Shown here: in pieces, positions 60,209 to 64,000 of the stretch
How positions within the stretch are numbered: position 1 is the stretch's first letter
How the letters are laid out: each line of letters begins with the position of its first letter
From: the human T2T-CHM13v2.0 reference genome, Homo sapiens
Assembly: GCF_009914755.1 (NCBI RefSeq)
Contig: NC_060936.1
Strand: one strand, 5' to 3'
Length of the DNA stretch: 64,000 nucleotides
The notes under the pieces: model-generated
Told to the model about the DNA's origin: nothing
The model's input: the letters and a program-made list of their open reading frames with translations, nothing else
Database searches by the model: none
Position numbers and translations under genes: made by a program

Positions 60209-60852
60209 ACAACATAAAAAGAAAGTTGGAAAAATAAAACAAAGGCTGTTTTATTGAGTGCAGTTGGACAGTCCAAGGCAAAGTATTCAAAGGCCATAGA
60301 AGACTCAGATGGATAAGGATGATCAAGTGCAGGAAGTCTGAGCAAGCACAGCATTGAAGAGCAAGACTCCGTCAAGTGAAAACACAAACTTGAATGGAAC
60401 TGAAACGGTATTTGGAGGTATGTTTATTTAGTGCAGGAATCCGGCCAGTCTACAAATAAGAGATGTGGACCTAGTACTCTTTTCTGGAAGACTTTATACC
60501 CCTAATAAAAGCTATACTCTGTTTCAGGTTCCCAAACAAACAAGCTGTGCATTTTAAGACAAGCTCAGTCCTAGCAGGATACTGAAGGAAGACTTAGGGT
60601 TCCTGGGAAAACTACTAAGTCATAATAAAAGCAGAAGCCCAATGATCAACTTAGATGTTGGAAGTGCTGTAACTCAGGGACCATGCAGAGGCCCAGGGAT
60701 TCCCTTTGAGGTGCTCTGGATTTTGGGCCAGGTTGACCATGCAATTAGCTGGAGCCTGATCCTTCAGATGGGGCCCAAAATAACATCCAGCTTCAGGGAG
60801 CTTGGGAAGGCAAAAGCTGTTTAAGGGAGATAGGGACTGACATTTGAAATGG

Positions 60853-61008
60853 CTGTTGCGACTCAAAGTGTGGCTGAGAACCAGCAGCACTAGCATCCCC
60901 TGGAAGTTCATTAGAAATGTAGACTCTCAATTCAGACCCACTGAGTCAGAATATGCATTTTAATAGTAACTCCCAAGTATTATGCACATTCAAGTTTGTG
61001 AAGCACTG
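60853..61008. mobile_element. MER5A hAT MITE
   Basis: 'ctcaaagtgtgg...accagcagcactagcatcccctggaag...tgcattttaa...aagtttgtgaagcactg'. Confidence 0.75.
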
Positions 61009-62924
61009 GTCTGTGCCGTTGCTACTAATGCAGCTTACAGTTCTAATGATGATTCTCCACTGCTGCATCATATAGTAGGTTCCATTGGAAACCTTCTCTG
61101 ACTTCTCTTGGTACCACCCAAGGCAAAGTTCAGAACTGAAAAGAAACTAAGAGAACATCTATTCAATGCTCACATATTATAGATGAGGAAGTAAGGTCCC
61201 ATGTGGGTAAAGTGACTTGACCAATGCTGCAACTCATTAGTGACATAAACAGGAATGAGAACCAAACTTTTCTCATCCCTACTATTGATTTCTTTACAAA
61301 CACATATAATTTAGCTGCTTACTAATTAATAAAACATTTATTGAGTACATACCATATGCCAGGTATTTTCTTAGGTGATTAAGATACAAAGATGAGGAAG
61401 TCAGGCAATCAACTCCACCTAGTACAAGAGAGCTCGTCTTTCACTTATTCCTGGGCTATAAGGGATTCTAAACATAAGATACATTTTAAATTCAATAGTC
61501 CTCAGTGTTTTTCAAAACCATATCACTTCTTTGCCATTGAAAAACTAGTCTTTGCAGAAGTGAGTAAGGGAGCATTGAAAGTTCCATCATGAGTGTATTT
61601 CTCCTCCTGAATCCACCCTGAAGTATAAAGGTGATATAGGGTGAAACTGGCCCCTTGAAGACTGAAAACAAGCTGGGAATAGAACTAAGTATTAGTGGAT
61701 TAGGCAAATACTGGCTGGGAGATCGAATGGGAAGTCATCTTGGGATTAGCATTAGGTCTAAGAGAATATGAAGAATGAAGCACCAAAGAAGGGTAAGGAG
61801 CCAGGAGTGATCATGAGCTAAAATAATGCCTTAGAGAATTATTATTGCTCTAAGCACTTCACATGGACTCATTGAGTCCTCACACCACCGATTCATGGAA
61901 TAGGGATTACACATCTCCATTTCACAAGTGAAGAAGCCAGAGGCATGAATGTTGACTTGCCCATAGTCTGTGTTTGCATTATGACTATGTAAGTATCATT
62001 CATGGCTAAGCCAAATAGGTTACTGCTTCCTTTATTTCTGCCTTCTTCTTTCCTGAAGAAAAAAGTTGCCTTATCTTTAACTTAGAGTCAGTCTTTTGCC
62101 TTTTTGAAAGTTTGGGAATAATCTCTAATTCTTCCCAAACTTTCAAAGAACTATACAGTCTTCTCCATTTGGTCAAACTCATCAGCATATCTTTCAGTTC
62201 CATTGTTTTTCTTCTTCAGAGACATGCTCTGCACTGATTGCTCTTATGGCTCAACTATCATCTTAAGAGTCCCATTCGTCACCCTATTGCAAATTCCTTC
62301 CCCTCTCTCTAAGTTGGGTTCCCTGGGTCTCCTGTTTCTGTCTTGAGTTACTCTCTTGTGTCAGATGAACACATCTTCCAGCTTCCTGAAAAAGGGTGTA
62401 TTAGAGGTTCTAATTTTTCAGAGTACTCACGAGACTTCACAAAGAAAGGATAAGGCATGGAAGGCTAAAGAAAGCACAGGTGATCATTTGAGACACTCAA
62501 GATATCCAGGGGCAGCTTTCAGAGTCTCAGTCACATAGGACACAGTTCATTTATGGATTATAAACCACCAAAATATGGCATATCGTGGTCTCAAGCTGCT
62601 CTCTTATCTGAGGAGGAGCCTTTTATATCTCTGTTTATGTAGTCAAAAACACGTGTGAGCCCAGACTTAATAATAGAAGTGAAGATAATAGATCCAGCTG
62701 CCAATCATTAGTATGCACATTTTCTATAAAAAATGCAGACCAGATGTTATAGGCTGCTCCCTGGTGTGTTTCAGACCCTGGAACAGGACTGCGTCAATTA
62801 CTGGTTAACACATTTTATTCAGGTTTGTCCAAGGGCCAATACCATGACTACATTCCCCTTATATGCTAACAGGGTTGCAGCAAACTAACTGAGATTACCC
62901 AGGAGGTAAAAATACCTTGAATGT

Positions 62925-63700
62925 CTAACAAAAGATCTTTATTTTAATGCTTAATTCATTGTTTTCTTGGCATAAAATTCTAGGCTGACAGTTATTTTCC
63001 CTGAAAATGTGAGGGGCATTATTCCACTTGCAATCTTGCATTGCTGTTGAGAAGTCTGATCCCATTCTGATTCCTAGTTCTTTATTTGTGACTCTGCTAG
63101 CTCTCAGTCTTCCCTCTGTCCCGTATGTACTGAAATTCCATGATGCGCATTGGTGTGAGTCTTTCATCTGTTGTGCTGGATATTTAGGGTGGCCCTTTCA
63201 AAATGGAAAGTAATATTCTTCAGTTCATGGACTTTTTTTATTTAATAATTTCCTCCCTCTGATTATCTTAGTACCTTTTGGAATTTCTATTATTCAGATA
63301 TTGAACCAATTGGATTAAGTGTTTACTTTTCTCATTTTTTTCCCTATTATCTACGTTTTTAAATCTAGGTTTCACTTTTGGGGAGATGGATTCAACTTTA
63401 TATTTTCAATCTTTTCTTGATTATTTAGTTGTTTTGATCATATTTTTATTTTTAAGTAGTCTTCCTTGTTCTCTGATTGTCCCATTTTGTTAGTATCCTG
63501 TTCTTGTTTCACAGATACAATGTTGTCTTTCTTCTATCTGAGGATATTAATTATGGTTTCATTGGAGTTTTCTCCTGATCTTTGTCTTATATCTTATTCT
63601 GCAATTTCCCTTCTGTTAGTTTTAGTTTTTGCCTTTCATTTCCTGTCTAGTGTCTCTTGACTGTCTACTTATGTTTGAAGTGAAACACTAAAAAGCATAT
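62925..63700 (-). mobile_element. HAL1/L1M ORF1-like remnant
   Basis: ORF 62925-63167 reads GIRMGSDFSTAMQDCKWNNAPHIFRENNCQPRIL, matching the L1 ORF1 C-terminal motif. Confidence 0.7.
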
Positions 63701-64000
63701 TTAGTTAGATATTGACTTGTGGGCCTCATTACAGGATAACTGCAGAAGGAGCCAGTAGTTTCACTGGAGGATGATGAAATTTCAGCACCTGTAGGTCTTT
63801 TCTCTTTGACATATCAGTTTCCCCAAAGACAATTCTGTTAGACTCCTGCCTAATTTACTACATTCTGAGAAGGGGCTGTTGTGGGGTAGCAGGATGTCTC
63901 TCATTCAGAATACAGACTTTCACTTAATTCCAATGTTTTTAGTAAAGCACCTGAGCGTTGTACCTAACGTCCCTTAGCATAGATCCTCTCTGATTTAACA

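Noticed and set aside
59993-60387. ORFs with (IY)n repeats, and (ER)n in ORF 5931-6191
   Set aside because: Translations of the (AT)30 and (GA)23 microsatellites.
46483-64000. A further CFAP54 exon after exon H
   Set aside because: No phase-0 exon with credible splice sites found by eye; the region is mostly L1 and other repeats, though a small exon could have been missed.

Overview
Human/primate genomic DNA (AT-rich, Alu/L1/MIR/L2/MaLR-laden) inside one large + strand gene. I can build eight consecutive GT-AG coding exons (7768-7923, 10461-10566, 11494-11587, 18148-18246, 19075-19216, 38708-38881, 40666-40889, 46312-46482; 1166 nt, ~388 aa). Their splice phases chain into one stop-free frame. 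I recognise it, from memory and unverified, as the C-terminal part of the ciliary central-apparatus protein CFAP54 (C12orf55/C12orf63). The rest is intron, mostly interspersed repeats, and almost all ORFs in the track are repeat-derived or chance. I see no evidence of a wholly new gene system. Best leads: (i) exon 19075-19216 reconstitutes a 5' splice site (CAG|GTCAGT) once spliced, a candidate recursive-splicing/NMD switch that also has a short read-through C-terminus; (ii) a complex repair scar at 33564-33904 (perfect 25-bp inverted repeats, 22-bp palindrome, hairpin, AT filler, ~210-bp copy of sequence 1.2 kb downstream); (iii) two L1s that keep their 5' UTRs but carry ORF1-to-ORF2 deletions; (iv) a pure (AT)30 tract. 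Repeat subfamily names come from recalled consensus sequences, and repeat boundaries without a stated TSD are approximate.
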